In this document: positions 1 to 13,170 of the stretch, piece after piece | Layout of the letters: each line of letters begins with the position of its first letter | Numbering within the stretch: position 1 is the first letter of the stretch | Origin: Carcharhinus longimanus | Taxonomy: Eukaryota | Assembly: GCA_030264375.1 (NCBI GenBank) | Contig: JASCQW010000098.1 | Span: forward strand, 44,728,278 to 44,792,277 | Direction of reading: 5' to 3' | Length of the DNA: 64,000 bases | Translations under genes and position numbers: made by a program | Notes under the pieces: generated by a model | The model's database searches: none | What the model was told of the DNA's origin: nothing | What the model saw: only the letters and a program-made list of their open reading frames with translations

Positions 1-305
1 AGCATTTTTCCTACAACAGACGTTAAACTAACCGGCCTATAATTCCCTGCCTTTTGCCTGCTACCCTTTTTAAACAGTGGCGTAACATTAGCCGTTTTCC
101 AATCTTCCGGCACTTCCCCTGAATCCAGCGAGGTTTGGAAAATAATCACCAAGGCATCCACTATCACCTCTGCCATTTCCTTCAGAACCCTTTGATGCAT
201 TCCATCTGGTCCTGGGGACTTGTCCACCATCAGTCCCTCTAGCCTGTTGAGCACTGCCTCTCTAGTAACAATGATCTCATTCAGGCCGTCCACTCCTACC
301 ATCTT
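1..305 (-). mobile_element. CR1 LINE ORF2 (RT N-terminal region) fragment
   Basis: Minus strand encodes ...WKTANVTPLFKKGSRQKAGNYRPVSLTSVVGKM, a CR1 motif. Truncated at the window start. Confidence 0.85.
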
Positions 306-439
306 TCCATCGTTAACACCATACAACAATAATAAATCAAAACAAATCAAATCAAATCAAAAAACCTCTCTCCTGCACTATCTCTCAGCCATACATCATC
401 TGCTTTATCCTCCTAATTCTATCCTAACTTGCAGATGAT

Positions 440-925
440 ATTGGGAGTAATTTGGCAATTACTACTTTTGAGATCCTGCTTGCTAGTCTCCTACTTAGCT
501 TCTTAAATGGTGACTTAGGAGCACATCACTCTTTCTATCTTTGGCATTGGTACAGATCTGGACCACAACTGCTGGTTATTCATCCTTTTCACTCAGCCAT
601 TCAGTGACATGATTGATCCTGGCTCCCAGAAGGCAACAAACCATCCTGGATTCATGTCTGGCCATGGAAACAGGTATCTGTTTCCCCCCTAACTATCCAA
701 TCTTCCATCAATAGTGATCTATTGTCTAATCTTCTTTGTGCTTGCCTGTACTGCTGAGCCATCTTTAATGCTTCGGATTTGCTTCAGGCTGAACTCTCCA
801 GATGAACCATCACTTTCAGCAGTTCTCAGCGTTGAATACTGGTTGGAGAGTTTGGGGCACTCAGGGGATTCCTGCAGTACCTGCCTCTTTTTTCTTGACT
901 GCCTGATGGTTGCTCATTCTCTCTC
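440..925 (-). mobile_element. CR1 ORF1 (SGNH esterase-like) decayed fragment
   Basis: Shares sequence with the copy at 13900-14390 (tttgagatcctgcttgctagt..., gactgcctgatg). Confidence 0.6.
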
Positions 926-965
926 TCTCTCTCTCTTTGTAAGGCACCAGATGAGAAACTCCAAA

Positions 966-2059
966 TGTATAATGAAGTTAGCCTAGACCCCAACCTTTTT
1001 TTCTGATTTTGGCATTCAGGTGAGCATAAGGGCTTTTGCGCCAGGTATGATTCAATTGACCCACTGGGAAGTGTTTATTAAAATGAACTTTATTTAACAA
1101 CACAGTTAAAATGTAACAAAAAGAATTAGCATAACATTTACCAATTGGTAAACACATCAATACTAATGGGGTGGCACAGTGGTTGGCACTGTTGCCTTAC
1201 AGCACCTGAGACCCAGGTTCAATTCTGGCCTTGTGTCACTGTGTGGAGTTTGCACGTTCTCCTCATGTCTGCGTGGCTTTCCTCTGGGTGCTCTGGTTCC
1301 CTCCCACATTCCAATGATGTGTGAGTTAGGTTGATTGGCCATGCTAAGTTGCTCCTTAGTGTCAGGAGGACTAGCAGGGTAAATTTGAGGGGTTAAGGGA
1401 ATAGGGCTGGGGCGGAATTGTGGTCAGTGCAGACACAATGGATCGAATGACCTCTTTCTGCACTGCAGAGATTCTATGAATTGAAATATTTAAACATGAC
1501 AAACTTTAATTCTTAACAGCTAACTATCTCTATAATTCCAGTGTAAGCAGTATCCCTATAAACATAAATCCCTATTCTGACAAAATTATCACAAAAAAGA
1601 ACATAGGATGCTTGATTTCCAGCTTTTTAATTCCTCTAAATGAATACAAAAAGACACCTGTTTTCTGACTCCTATAGGGCAGCCTTCAGAGAAAGGGACT
1701 TACTTTCTGGAAGATACCAGTCTCCAAATCCAAAGAGAAAATGAGATGCAGTGAAAGCTACCTCTCTCTAAAGATCCCAAGCAGCAACTTATTTGATTTC
1801 TCTGTGTAAACCTGGTCCTGCCCAGTCATATGATTTTTTTTTCCTGTGTATCAACTAATCAATCCCTACTCTGAAAAATTCCAGAGGAAAACACTAAAAT
1901 AACAAACATTCCAGAAATTAGGAGCAATTATGCTTCTGCAGTATCAACGGGGGCTGCCAGTTACAGACAAAGCAGCACTGGTTAAGAGAACTGACTACTA
2001 AAACAAATCCTGCATAAGAAACATGACACAAATACATTTCTTAAAGGATGGCACCAACA
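966..2059 (-). mobile_element. Possible solo LTR interrupted by a V-SINE
   Basis: Bounded by TG...CA and resembles shark LTRs in composition. No target-site duplication found. Confidence 0.3.
1168..1480 (+). mobile_element. V-SINE (HE1-like), near full length
   Basis: tRNA-like head (tggcacagtggtt...ggttcaattc), V-domain (gtgtggagtttgcacgttctcc...) and CR1-type tail (ctgcactg...gattctatga). Confidence 0.85.
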
Positions 2060-2679
2060 CACTGTCCATACCATAGCCCTAAGTTTAGAACTATTTGCTC
2101 ACACGTTGGAAAACTGCAAACATGGCTGATTGGTCTAATGGCCTCTTGTCTGTGTTCTAATTTGCTGTATTTCTGTACAAACACAGAATCATTACAACAC
2201 AGAAGGGTGATGTTTCACTGTTTTTTTTTGTAATGCTGCACTGATCATCATCTTCAGTGATTTTGATCAGCCTTTGACATTGATCACGTTAAGCTTTGCT
2301 CCATTGTGTGAAATGCTTTTTCTGTCATGCTGCTATGCATTTGTTTTGTTATCACAATTCCCAAGGCAAACTCAACATGATAATAACAATCAAGTTTTTA
2401 AAAAAGTAATCTTTATTGCAAAGATCTGAACGTGTTACAATCTCAGGCCTCTGCTCTACAGATAACATTTTGCTCCCTGCAATAACTATTCTTTAATTAA
2501 ACCTTTTACCTAACACTATTGATTTTCTTGGAACTGCGCACACTTGTTGCTGCCCCCTGACTAGAATTTGTTTCAGTAACCAGACAGGAATAGAAGCCTA
2601 ATTGAGAAAGGTACTGTTCCAAATCCTCCACCCTGCAGAAACCATTAATTCCAGTCACTAAGTGGCCCAGTGTTTTTTA

Positions 2680-2882
2680 GGGTGAGATTTGCCAGCTCTT
2701 CCTGCAGGCGGGATCTTCTGGTCCCACGTGAAAGGGATCCTCTTCCCCACGTCACCCCCTTGTAGAAGGACAGCCACATCATGCAAAATATTGTAAGGAT
2801 CTTCCGGTCCCACCAACAGCCAATAGTGAGCTGCCAGATAATGCTGCAGGGGCTGGAGAAACCCGCCTTAGAAATATTCCAC
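2680..2882. mobile_element. Short MITE-like dispersed repeat
   Basis: Shares internal gcgggatcttctggtccc/ggatcttccggtccc motifs with the 8401-8592 copy. Confidence 0.5.
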
Positions 2883-2929
2883 CTCTTTCGGGAGCTGGGT
2901 GCAGCCTTATAGTTGCTGTTTTCTTAGAA

Positions 2930-5810
2930 ATAATTCTTTTTGTTTCACAAATCAGTCTGTCAAAGTGCACCATTACATTTGTGGATGAAGATGAATTATC
3001 TTGAAACTGCCTCTGGCCAGACATCTGTGAGTATCCTGTTTTAATGGAAATCGGAAGAATCAAACTCACCTGAATGCCTCTCTTTGGGGGAATAGACCCA
3101 TTTGAATATTGCCAGAGTAATGTGGGTTCACAAAAGATGGATGGTTACAAGATGCATGCATTAAAGAAACTGAAAGACAGATGTAGAAAAACAAACCCGT
3201 AAAAGCCAAATGTTTAAAAAAGAAACTTACAGAGTAAAACAACAAGAAAAGATGGCTGTGCAGAGCTGACAGTTAGAAGGGCTGTGGCTTCAAATTTGAA
3301 AGGAAGGAATTTGGATAAAAGACAAGTAACCGCTGCAATTAAAAAAGTTCAAAAACTTCTTAAAAATGGCTGACACTAGAAAGCAGTACTGCAGCTTTCA
3401 GAGTTAAACAAAAAGAAACAGCGTGACACACTCTGTATCCGCATTGATATATTTGTAGCAAATTAGGGAAGACCTCAGATAGAGGGCAATTCTCAAAAAG
3501 GACTCTTCTTAAGCAATGAAAATCTCAAAGAAGAGACAACAGAAAACCTCAAAAGATGCAATGAAGACCTCAAGGTAGAGGCAATGGAAAACAGCAGAGG
3601 AGGCAATGAAACCGCATGGAAGAGGCAATGGAGGACCTCTTATCACATGATCCAGTACCAGAAACAGAAAACCATGGCCATTCCTTCACATGACAGACCA
3701 AGATTGTGAAAGAACTGTCAAGACACAAGACTTTGTTGCATTGTGGTGATATGCGCCTGCATGTATTATAATGTAAGGTATTCGGCAGAGCAAGCAATAA
3801 AAGACCCCAGAAAGAGAGCAAATGAAGAGCTCTGACAGGAGGCAATAAAAGGTCCCAAAAAGAAGGCAAAAGACAGACCACAGATAGAGGGCAACTCTCA
3901 AAAAAGATTATCCATATGCAACAAAAACCTCAGAGAAGAGGCAACGGACAACCTCAGCGGAGGCAATAACGACTTCCAGAACAGGTAACAGAAGACATTG
4001 GAGGAGGGAATGAGGCAATGAAGACTTCAAAGAGGGGGCAAATGAAAGACCCCAGAAGGAGGGGAATGAAAGACCCCAGAAGGAGGGGAATGAAAGACCC
4101 CAGAAGGAGGGGAATGAAAGACCCCAGAAGGAGTGGAATGAAGGACTCCAGAAGGACGGCAATGCAATGAAAGAATTGCAAAATGGAAACAAGTCAATGT
4201 TTTGTCGGAGACAGACCTAACCAACAATGAAGCCAAAAGGGTTTGACTAAAGTTAAGACAAGTAGAAATGAAGGTTCCATTTGTAAAATGTATATGTCCA
4301 GTAAGAACATGATGGATTGTCCTCATATGAAATACAGAAATTAGAAACTTTGAAATAAACTATGAATTATTAAACATAAAGAGGAATCAGCAAAAATAAT
4401 TAAAGCCCTAGAGAAGACATTCAAACAGCAAACTGAAATGGCTGGCAGAAATTTGGGAAAAAAGTTGCAAAAATTTGTAAAATGAAGTTAAGAAAGGAGA
4501 AATTAAGGAGACAATGGAGAATAAGAAGAGCTCCATGAAAAAGCAACTAGAAAATAAGACTATGCCCACTGAAGAATTGAGTCGGGAGAATAAGAGTTTG
4601 AAGAAGGAAGCTTGGCAATAAGAAACTAACTGAAGAGACAAAATCATTGAAATTGGCAACAGAATCAGCAATTCAGGCAAAGAAAGGAATTGAGATTACA
4701 TAGAAGAAGAGGGTTAGGATCAGACTACTGGAATGGCCACATTAATGGAAAAGCACAAGAATCAATTTGACAAAATAAGCAATGAAAACATTGCCAAATT
4801 TAAGTGTTGGAAAGAGAAGAAACTTTATCACACGACCCAGTACCAGAAACAGAAAACCATGACCGTTCTTTCACATGACAGACCAAGATTGTGAAAGAAC
4901 TGTCAAGATATAAGACTGTTGCATTGTGATGATATATGCCTGCATGTACTATAATGTAAGGTATTCGGCAGAGCAAGGATCAACATGAGACTGGAGCGAG
5001 GCATTGCCTACAGAGTATATTTATAGTCACAGAGTGACTATAAGTGTTCATGTTTAAACATACAAGCCTCAAGATCTTACCAATGAGCCATCACCACTGC
5101 AACATTAAAAAAAACATATTAAGTACATAACATGAAAAGTCAGTAGTTGATCAAGTTAGATCCTTGGAATTATTGTCTCTGGACCCCTCTTGTACCAAGT
5201 AGTCATGAAGGGATGGATCATTCATAAACACATGCACCTCTCAAGGAGTAGGGAGAAGCTCCAATAGTTAGTGTCACCATCAAGAAATGTTTTCAGATCC
5301 ATAAGCATCAAAGTACCTGATCGACCTGTTATAGACATAACTGATATCTCTGTGGAAGCAAGTAGTAATGATCTGCCTGCGCCTGAAGAGGGACCTGTTA
5401 TTGCAGTTCCAGTTAATGTCGATCTTGTGGAAGTAGCTCAGATGACGGAATTACACCACTCTACAAGAAACAGAAAAACCCTCTTAAAGACCTGATTTCT
5501 AATTCACCAACTCATGTACACAATGTTTAATTAGAATTTAGACTGAATAACTTGGTTATTGGAGATTACTAAAGAGAGAGGGATGTTTGTCCCTTTAAGG
5601 GCAACATAGCAGATTAAGGATCACCTGTTCTGGGGACCAATGGGAACTCCAAGTTGGGAAACACCTCAGGGGGTGGAGTCTTAGGCAGGAGAGATATGTA
5701 GGGAGCTAAATGCAACCATGAAGCTTGGTAAATCCTTTTGTATTCACAAATCATTCTGTCTCTGTTACCTTATTGATGAGCTGGTGGAAAGAATGGAATC
5801 AGTCCTTTCA
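2930..5810 (+). mobile_element. Decayed, internally deleted Gypsy-type LTR retrotransposon
   Basis: Gag-like start MPLFGGIDPF at ~3075. Integrase-tail-like ELHHSTRNRK at ~5450. Polypurine tract aaagagagaggga followed by TG at ~5584. ttttgt(a)ttcacaaatca.tctgtc is shared between ~2938 and ~5736 (LTR remnants). Confidence 0.55.
4005..4160 (+). repeat. 24-bp purine-rich tandem repeat (gaatgaaagaccccagaaggaggg), about 4 near-perfect plus degenerate copies
   Basis: Directly visible. Explains the 8-aa periodic ORFs on the minus strand. Confidence 0.9.
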
Positions 5811-6689
5811 TAGGTAATTGCCATGACTTCCACAGCCCACAGATAGAAGAGAGATCAGCACAAGGGCTGTTTTTATCTAGAACAATATCAGCACTGCCAT
5901 TTTGTGGCACCAGCTTCTCAACAAACTTATTTTTCTGAAGCTACAATTTTTGTTAGTGCATATCGTTCATGTTTCTACAATTGTTTTATCCTACAAGTTG
6001 GGCACTTTATCAGTCCATTGTGCCCACAGTGGTCAGGTGATCAGATTTATTGCATATGCTATTCTGAATGCCCTTCATTACCCAGACACTCTACTGGGAC
6101 AATGCCCAAAGGATCACACATTAGCTTCTTACAGACATGTTATTCACCATATTATTTTGCTTTCTTGCCAGATCTTAGTGATTTCAAAACTGCCTGAGTC
6201 AGGCACTGCCTTCACCCTCTTTCTAAAAACCATGGGGTATAAATTTATAATTTTTGTCTGTTTTATGCTCCCAACAGTTTTATTTCCCATTGAGTTCATA
6301 GGGTGTGGTGTAAAACAAACTACCATTTCATTATTGTCTGATTTACACCAAAGCTGAAGAAGGATTTAACAACTTCATAATTTTTTTCAGTAGCCGTCCT
6401 TTGCATTGTCTTTCAAATTCTGATCTTCAACATAGATTAAAAACTGACACTAGTAATCCATTTCTTCCAAGAAAACCATGTTTTTTTTCAACTTCATACT
6501 AGAAATTCTTACCAAACTGACAACATATAGTTGTAAAAGTAAACACTTGCATACAATTATACTAAGCATTTCATAACAATGGAATTAATTCAAAGCAATT
6601 ATGTTATAATAAGCATTATTTTTGTTGCAAGCTCAAAGTGAAGGTCAATGCCCACCATGGTTGAACAGAATAAAAGAGAAGATTGTACC

Positions 6690-6932
6690 TGGGCAGCATG
6701 ATGGCACAGATTTCCTCCGGGTGCTTCAGTTTCCTTCTACAGTACAAAAATGTGGAACTTAGTTGGATAGGCCATGGTAAACTGCCCAAGGATGCCAAGG
6801 TGTGTAAGTTAGGGGGACTAGTGGGGTAAATATGTAAGCCTATAGGGGAGGGGACCTGGGTAAGGTGCTCTGTGAGAGAGTTGTACAAACTTGATGGGCT
6901 GAATGGCCTCCTCCTGAACTGTAGGGATTCTA
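6690..6932 (+). mobile_element. V-SINE with internal deletion
   Basis: Head atggcacag joined directly to tttcctccgggtgcttcagtttcc, then tail ctgtagggattctat. Confidence 0.75.
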
Positions 6933-7649
6933 TTTATCCAGCATAAGTTAACTTTGATAGAAAGTATCAAATTAATGCTGATGTGTTGCTTCAAAGGCCT
7001 TATGATTGTGGGAGGTAAGAAAAGGTTAACAATGATGAGCGGTTTCAGGGTTTGGAGTCCTGAGAAGAATGAATTAACGAGGAAGTAATGCAATGAATTC
7101 TAATTCCAGTGCAGCAGGACTATGTTGAGAGGAAGATGAAGATGTGGGATGGTGTTTTTGAAGCAAGAAGAAACAGTGTGAAAAGTTCTGATGATTACTG
7201 AAATGAAATAGAGAAAACTAAATTGTGATTGTGTGGGAGAATTGGGAGGTCAGAGGGAAGAGAATTGCCTTTTTGATGACAACTGCAGCCTAGAGAGACG
7301 TAAGAAGAAATGAAGACTATGAGCACAGTTATGGTTGGGAGTTGGGAGGTAGCTGATAATCTTTTTAGAAGATTACAGTGCTCGATGCTGTTAAAATCTT
7401 TGGGAACGTCCGCAGGAAATCGCTTCAAGAGAGAATTCCAGGGCATGTGGCATGAATGACAAGAGCATTAGTGAAGCAATGATGCCAGGAAGTAGTGTTG
7501 GTTATGAATTAAGCCAAACATATACGAAAAGTCATGTGAAGTTGCTATTCCTTCCAAACCATGTCTTGTGAATCAATAGATATCATTGGATATCTGGTAT
7601 ACAAATAACTTGATACTTGTAACATCTGCTTGTTCACTATCACAATCCA

Positions 7650-8130
7650 AACATTCACTAGATTGATTCCAGGGATGAAGAACTTGTTTTATGAAGAGAA
7701 ATGCAGCAGTTTAGGTCTATCCTCACTGGAGTTTAGAAGAATGAGAGGAGATCTAATTGAGGTATATAAGGTGCTTAAGGGATGTTGGTTAGATGTTTCC
7801 CCTGCTGGATATTTTAGAATGAAAGGGCATAGTTTTAGACTAATGGGTGGAAGATTTAAAACAGAAATGAGGAGAAATTATTTCACTCAAATGGTTGTCA
7901 ATCTGTGGAATTCTCTATCCCAGAATGCAATGAACACCAGAACACTGAAAGAATTTAAGGAGGAAATAGATGGGTTTTTAATTGGTAGCGGGATAAAGGG
8001 TTATGAGGAGTGGACAGGAAAGTGGAGATGAGGCTGAGATTAGACCAGCCATGATTATATTGAATGGCGGAGCAGGCTGGAGGGCTTGAATTGCGTATTC
8101 CTGCTCCTAGTTCATATGTTCTTATGTTCA
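7650..8130 (+). mobile_element. CR1 LINE 3' end
   Basis: ORF 7630..8031 has RRMRGDLIEVYK and FTQMVVNLWNSL. Terminal (ttcttatg)-like microsatellite. Confidence 0.9.
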
Positions 8131-8154
8131 TATAAAATGTCTGAGTTCATGTTA

Positions 8155-8312
8155 TCAGGTTAGGTTAATTGGCCATGATAATTTGCCTGTTCGTGTTAGG
8201 AGATTAGGAGGGTAAATATGTGGGTTACAGCGATGGAATCTGGGTGGGATTGTTGTTGGTGCAGGCTCGATGGGCCAGTTTGTCTTGTTCTGCACTGTAG
8301 ATTCTATGATTG
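8155..8312 (+). mobile_element. V-SINE 3' half
   Basis: ggttaggttaattggccatg...ctgcactgtagattctatga. Confidence 0.7.
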
Positions 8313-8400
8313 AAATTCCTTATATATTAGAGATGGCTGCACGATTTTGTGCTTTCAGCAAGGAACTGTGCTTACAAGAAGCACATTGCATGAAGTAATG

Positions 8401-8682
8401 AGCGGGATTCTCCAGCCTCCCAGCGTTTCTTGGCAGCGGGAAGTAACATGCTGGTGAAGGGATTCTCTGCTCCTGCACTGTCAATGGGATTTCCCATGAG
8501 TGAAACTATCCCATATCGCTGGGAATCCCATGTGTGGGGGTGTGCTGCCAGCGGGACCAGAGAATACCGCTGGCGTGAATGACCGGAGAATTCCAACCAA
8601 TGTCATTCCCAACCATGCATTCTCACGATTACCTCCCCCCGCCCCGCCTCGGAACACGAGGTGGCAGAAATGGCTCTCCAGA
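8401..8682. mobile_element. MITE-like element with short inverted ends
   Basis: gggattctcc...ggagaattcc inverted termini and internal palindromic motifs. Confidence 0.55.
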
Positions 8683-9514
8683 TTAGACATTCCTCAAAAT
8701 ACAGGTTTTATGCGGATTCTCCTCTCTTAATGTTGTAGAATCCCTCGAAAGACGGGGTGGATGTTTCTAAAATGTGACCAACCGTGCAACTGAAGGTAAA
8801 TAAATAGAAAATGAACCACAGCAAGATATTTTCAGTTTATCTTTGAGAACCAGAAGAAACTTGCTTTTGATCCCTCAAAAAAAAACTAAACTGGTTAGTT
8901 TAGAAGCCTATCTGGGGCTTCTACTTTCTGATAAGCTTCCCTGATTTTTCTGGCCGTGGTTTGGGTATTATAACTGAATTAAATAAATTATTAGTCATAT
9001 GTTTAACAACAACTTTTTTTCCCTTTTAATATGATTAGCAATAATGCATTATACATCTAAAAACTGGGAATCAAATTAGCCAAACATCAGGATTATTTTT
9101 GCCAGATTCAAATAAGTGCCCCAATACGGAAAGCACATTCACAGCTGATTTCTGCTTTTGGGATTTGAACAAGGAAGTAGAGTTCAGGCAGTCAGAGATG
9201 TCAGGAAGCCCTTCATCATGTAAGGGATCAGGGAATGTGGGCCCTCTCTCTCCCCTTTAAAATCTGCTGAGGCTGCAAATCTCAAAGCCAGAATTGATTA
9301 ATTTTAAGTACGGGCAATAAGGGATATGGATAAGTATACGTAGTTGAAATACACATCAGATGTGATTCAGTTAAATGCAGAAAAGACTTGAGGTGCTATA
9401 TGAGATGTACCTGATCCTTTTCTTTCTTTGGCCATATCTGTATTAATATAATGACATCTGTCTTTCTGCACCAAACTCAACTTTAGTCCTAAAAAGCAAA
9501 TTTTCATAGCAAGA

Positions 9515-9652
9515 GCCCTGAAGACAAGTCATATGGACTCAAAACATTAACTCTATTTTCTCTCTCCACAGATGCTGCCAAACCTGCTGAGTTTTTCCAG
9601 AAATTTTCTGTTTTTGTTTCACATTCCAGCATCTGCAGTATTTTGCTTATCC
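9515..9652 (+). mobile_element. Penelope-like element terminal repeat fragment
   Basis: ctgaaga..gtc-atatg-gactc-aaaac followed by ctctctccacagatgctgcc..acctgctgagt.tttccag. Same family as 26637, 28318, 38036, 49548 and 54335. Confidence 0.65.
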
Positions 9653-9761
9653 TACTTTTAAATGCTCTCTTTCACATCACAGTGGTTTCCTCATCCCTTT
9701 GTATCCCTTCAGGATATTGTTGGCTACAATAAGGTCTTTCTCCAGAAGGACAAAAATATAC

Positions 9762-9930
9762 GCTGGAATTTTACTGTCCTGCCTGCCATGGGAATCGGAG
9801 CGAGCGAGGGGCAGACAATGAAAAGATCTGTTGATCTTGAATGGGATTTTACAGTTTGGGATGAGCAAGGCTGTAAAATCCTGCCCATCAGACTGATTCC
9901 CATGGTGGGCAGGGCATTAAAATTCCAGCC
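9762..9930. mobile_element. Short MITE-like repeat (~125 bp family) plus partial copy
   Basis: gctggaattttac...gtaaaatcctgccc. Approximately the reverse complement of 40428-40550. Confidence 0.65.
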
Positions 9931-12379
9931 ATACTTATAGTACATTTAACATAGGGAAACTTCCCAAGTTGNNNNNNNNNNNNNNNNNNNNNNNNNNNNN
10001 NNNNNNNNNNNNNNNNNNNNNNNNNNNNNNNNNNNNNNNNNNNNNNNNNNNNNNNNNNNNNNNNNNNNNNNTCAGAAAGTGCAATAAGAGAAAAGATGCC
10101 AAGCCAATATGGTATATTTTTTCCAAATTATGTCTCTGCCACAGAGCTTCACCCATGGAGAGCATACGTCAGGAATTTTACTTCCATTAAAGCTAATTTG
10201 CAACAATGGTCAATTTATAAAATCTGAAGACTTTTTTGTTAGCAAGCAGAATGAAATGAAATCATGTTGAACTTCACCAGTCTGAATTGCTCAGAATGGT
10301 TCAGGTGCTGTACCCTGCACAAGAGGCCTTTATATGCTCTTTACTGATGGATATCTCTATATCAGTGTATCCTGCTCTGAAACAGGAGAGACTGGTCTAT
10401 GTCCACATCGATATAAGTGAATTTTCCCCAGCCTAATGATCAAACAAGTTAGGGATATTTTCAAAGGTTAAGGAAAAGGAATGAAAAGCAAATTGCAAAG
10501 GGAAGAAAAATAACATCAGAGACAATGATGTTAGAATCAACACTGCTGTACTGACATATCCAGGCAAGAATATCAGCCTGAAATCCCGAAGAGTCTCAGA
10601 AGAAGGAGCCAAATGAAGATGTCAAAAATTGGGTCTCTCATTATAAACTGCAGTTGGTTGGCTGGTATATGCTGACCTGAAGACACCATTGAAGAATGTT
10701 CTTCATTTTCATTTCATTTCAGGGTACCTTCTGATCAAACAAAGCAAACGGATAAGCCTAATTAAAAGCAATTAGCCTGGGAACACTGAATAAATGAAAC
10801 TATGTGCTGAATAAATGAAACTATGTGCTCCATAGCTAAGCTATTGTCTGATGGAAGAAGCTGGCAAGCTGAAGCTTTGGTGGTCTTTTCATTATTACCT
10901 TGATCAGAGATGCATCTCAGCCACACCAAAAGTCACAGACATCAGTTGCAGAAAGCCAACAGAATCTACCACAAAACTGAATGTATTGAAGCAAAGCCAA
11001 GTTATCAGTAAGTCCAAGCATTACACAGCCACACCAGCCATCAGAAGGCTGTGCAAATGCTCAAGAAAGTGAAAACAATCAAAAGAATCTCTTCCTGGAA
11101 GAGCAAAATGTGAACCTGATGTGTTTCTGTTCAAAGTATCTCTTGAGCTGTTAAATGACATAGTTTTTTTCAAGAATATATTCGCCTTTCATCTCAATAA
11201 TTGAGTGTAGTTTTACAAGCTCTTTATTCTCTTTGAATCACCCTTATTTCTGTCAATTTATTTGGAAAATATGCATTCAGCTGACATAAGGTTTGGTGAA
11301 TTATAAGATTGTCTGTGGTGACTCATTTAATCCCAGTTCTCTTTTATGTCCCCAATTGCATCCATGGGGTAATAAATTCCCATCTTCAACACAAGGCCCT
11401 TAATCTTGTAAAGAGTATCACCTACCATTATTGACCCCACCAAAGTTTTATTCGATTGATCCGCTCAGCCGGATTACTGCATGTTCAGTGAAAGTGAACA
11501 GTCAAACTCATGTGTCTTGAAGGTCCACTATTTTCAAAAATGCAATTAAATTAACTTTGCTTTACCATATCATCAAAGTGTCAAAATTCTTATTTATTTC
11601 CAAAGATCTACAAATGGTTTACAATTATAACTCTTGTATAATATACAATCATTTTTTTATGTTGGACTTAAAGTGGTATGATGTTTCCAGCGCTTCCCTT
11701 AAAATTCTTCCATTGCATTGGCAGCAATTACAAACATAAATAAGAATGCTATGAGTAACTCAGCTTTAATATACTAAGATCTTGTTAAAAAATAATTAAA
11801 TGTATTCCATGCATACTTTTGGTGCATTCCTTTTGGTACAAATAGTTGTACATATTTGGCTCATTGAGCAGCTGTACACAGTGCCCTGATCTACATGAAC
11901 AGAAAGATCTACAGTTTTATTATTGTACAGATATATGCATCCAAAGTGTGAGAATTGTGTACTCCAAACACCAATTTGTTCAATTTTCTTGAAATATCAA
12001 GGTTTCTACTTGTCATGCTTCCGTGAGAACCGTGTACAAATGAAATCTGTTAATTAGAGACATCTAAGGTATACATCAGGTGTCCTTTATTTACAGGTGT
12101 CCTTATTTTCAAGATGTTCATTTTCTGTACAGCAAATCCAGAGACTATATTCCAGAATATTTGCTTCAATCTCCAGTAATGTTCCTTTATTTTTTTGCTC
12201 TCACCTGGGATTGTGCTTAATTTTGGAGTTCTGCCAATGGGATGTGATTTCCATTCATCTTCTGGCCATTGGGTTTTCCAACTCATTTCCTTTCCATAGT
12301 CCTTTCATGAGGGAGGGATGCCCTGGTCCTGAGGTCTGCAACATGGTGACATAGAAACCCCTCTGTTCCTCTCATTAAG

Positions 12380-13170
12380 TCATAAAATGTTTCCAGGATA
12401 GAAAGAGACCATTTGACCCATTGTTTTTATGCAGCTCTCTGCAAGAGCTGCTGGTCCCACTCCCCAACCTTGATCATTAGCCTTGCAAATCTTTTCTCTT
12501 CAGAAAATCATCCAATTCCATCTTGAAAGCCCTGATTAAATCTGCTTCCACCACACTCTCAAGTGCATACTAAATCCTCACCATTTGCTGTATAAAAGGT
12601 TTTCTCTCATGTCACTTTTGGTTCTTTTGTCAAACACTTTAAATCAGTCTCTTTCAATTCTTGATCCTTTCATCAATAGAACAGTTACTGTCTATCTATT
12701 CTCCAGACTATTCTGAACACTTTGAACACCTCTATTAAATCTCCTCTTAATCTTCTCTTTGAAGAGCACAGGCCAGTTTTTCCAGCCTGAGGTCACCCGT
12801 CCCTGGAACCACTCTCATAAAACTTTTCTGCACCCTCTCTAACGCTTTCAAATTCTTCCTGAAGTATAGTGCTCAAAATTATAATAGCGGAACTTTGAGA
12901 AGCGCATAATATAATCATGAAGGGGAAATCATGTCTAACAAAATGTTTTACAATTCTTTGAGATGGTAACGAGTAGGTTAGATAAAGGGAAACTGGTAGA
13001 TGTAATGTACTTGGATTTAGAAAGAGCATTTGATAAAGTACAGCACAAAGGTCTACTGAATAAGATAAGAACCCATGGTGTTGGGGTAGTATATTAGCAT
13101 GGATAGAAGATTGGCTAACTAATAGAGAGTTGAGCTAAAAGGGGCATTTTCAGGATGGAAATCTGTAATG
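12380..13170. mobile_element. Two CR1 fragments: 3' end on minus (12380-12900) and RT fragment on plus (12915-13170)
   Basis: Plus part encodes GKSCLT...VDVMYLD...AFDKV. Minus part is the reverse complement of a CR1 3' end. Confidence 0.75.

Noticed and set aside
1168-1235. tRNA-like A/B boxes
   Set aside because: These are SINE heads continuing into the V-domain, not tRNA genes.
2546-2565. Second CTCF-like motif (minus strand agtcagggggcagc)
   Set aside because: The 5' half of the core mismatches, so it is too weak.
3908-4326. Periodic minus-strand ORFs (FIPLLLGS)n and similar
   Set aside because: Three frames of the same 24-bp tandem repeat, with no splice or homology support.
10787-10829. 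21-bp tandem duplication and possible LTR-like surrounding sequence
   Set aside because: Ordinary slippage duplication, and no LTR boundaries could be defined.
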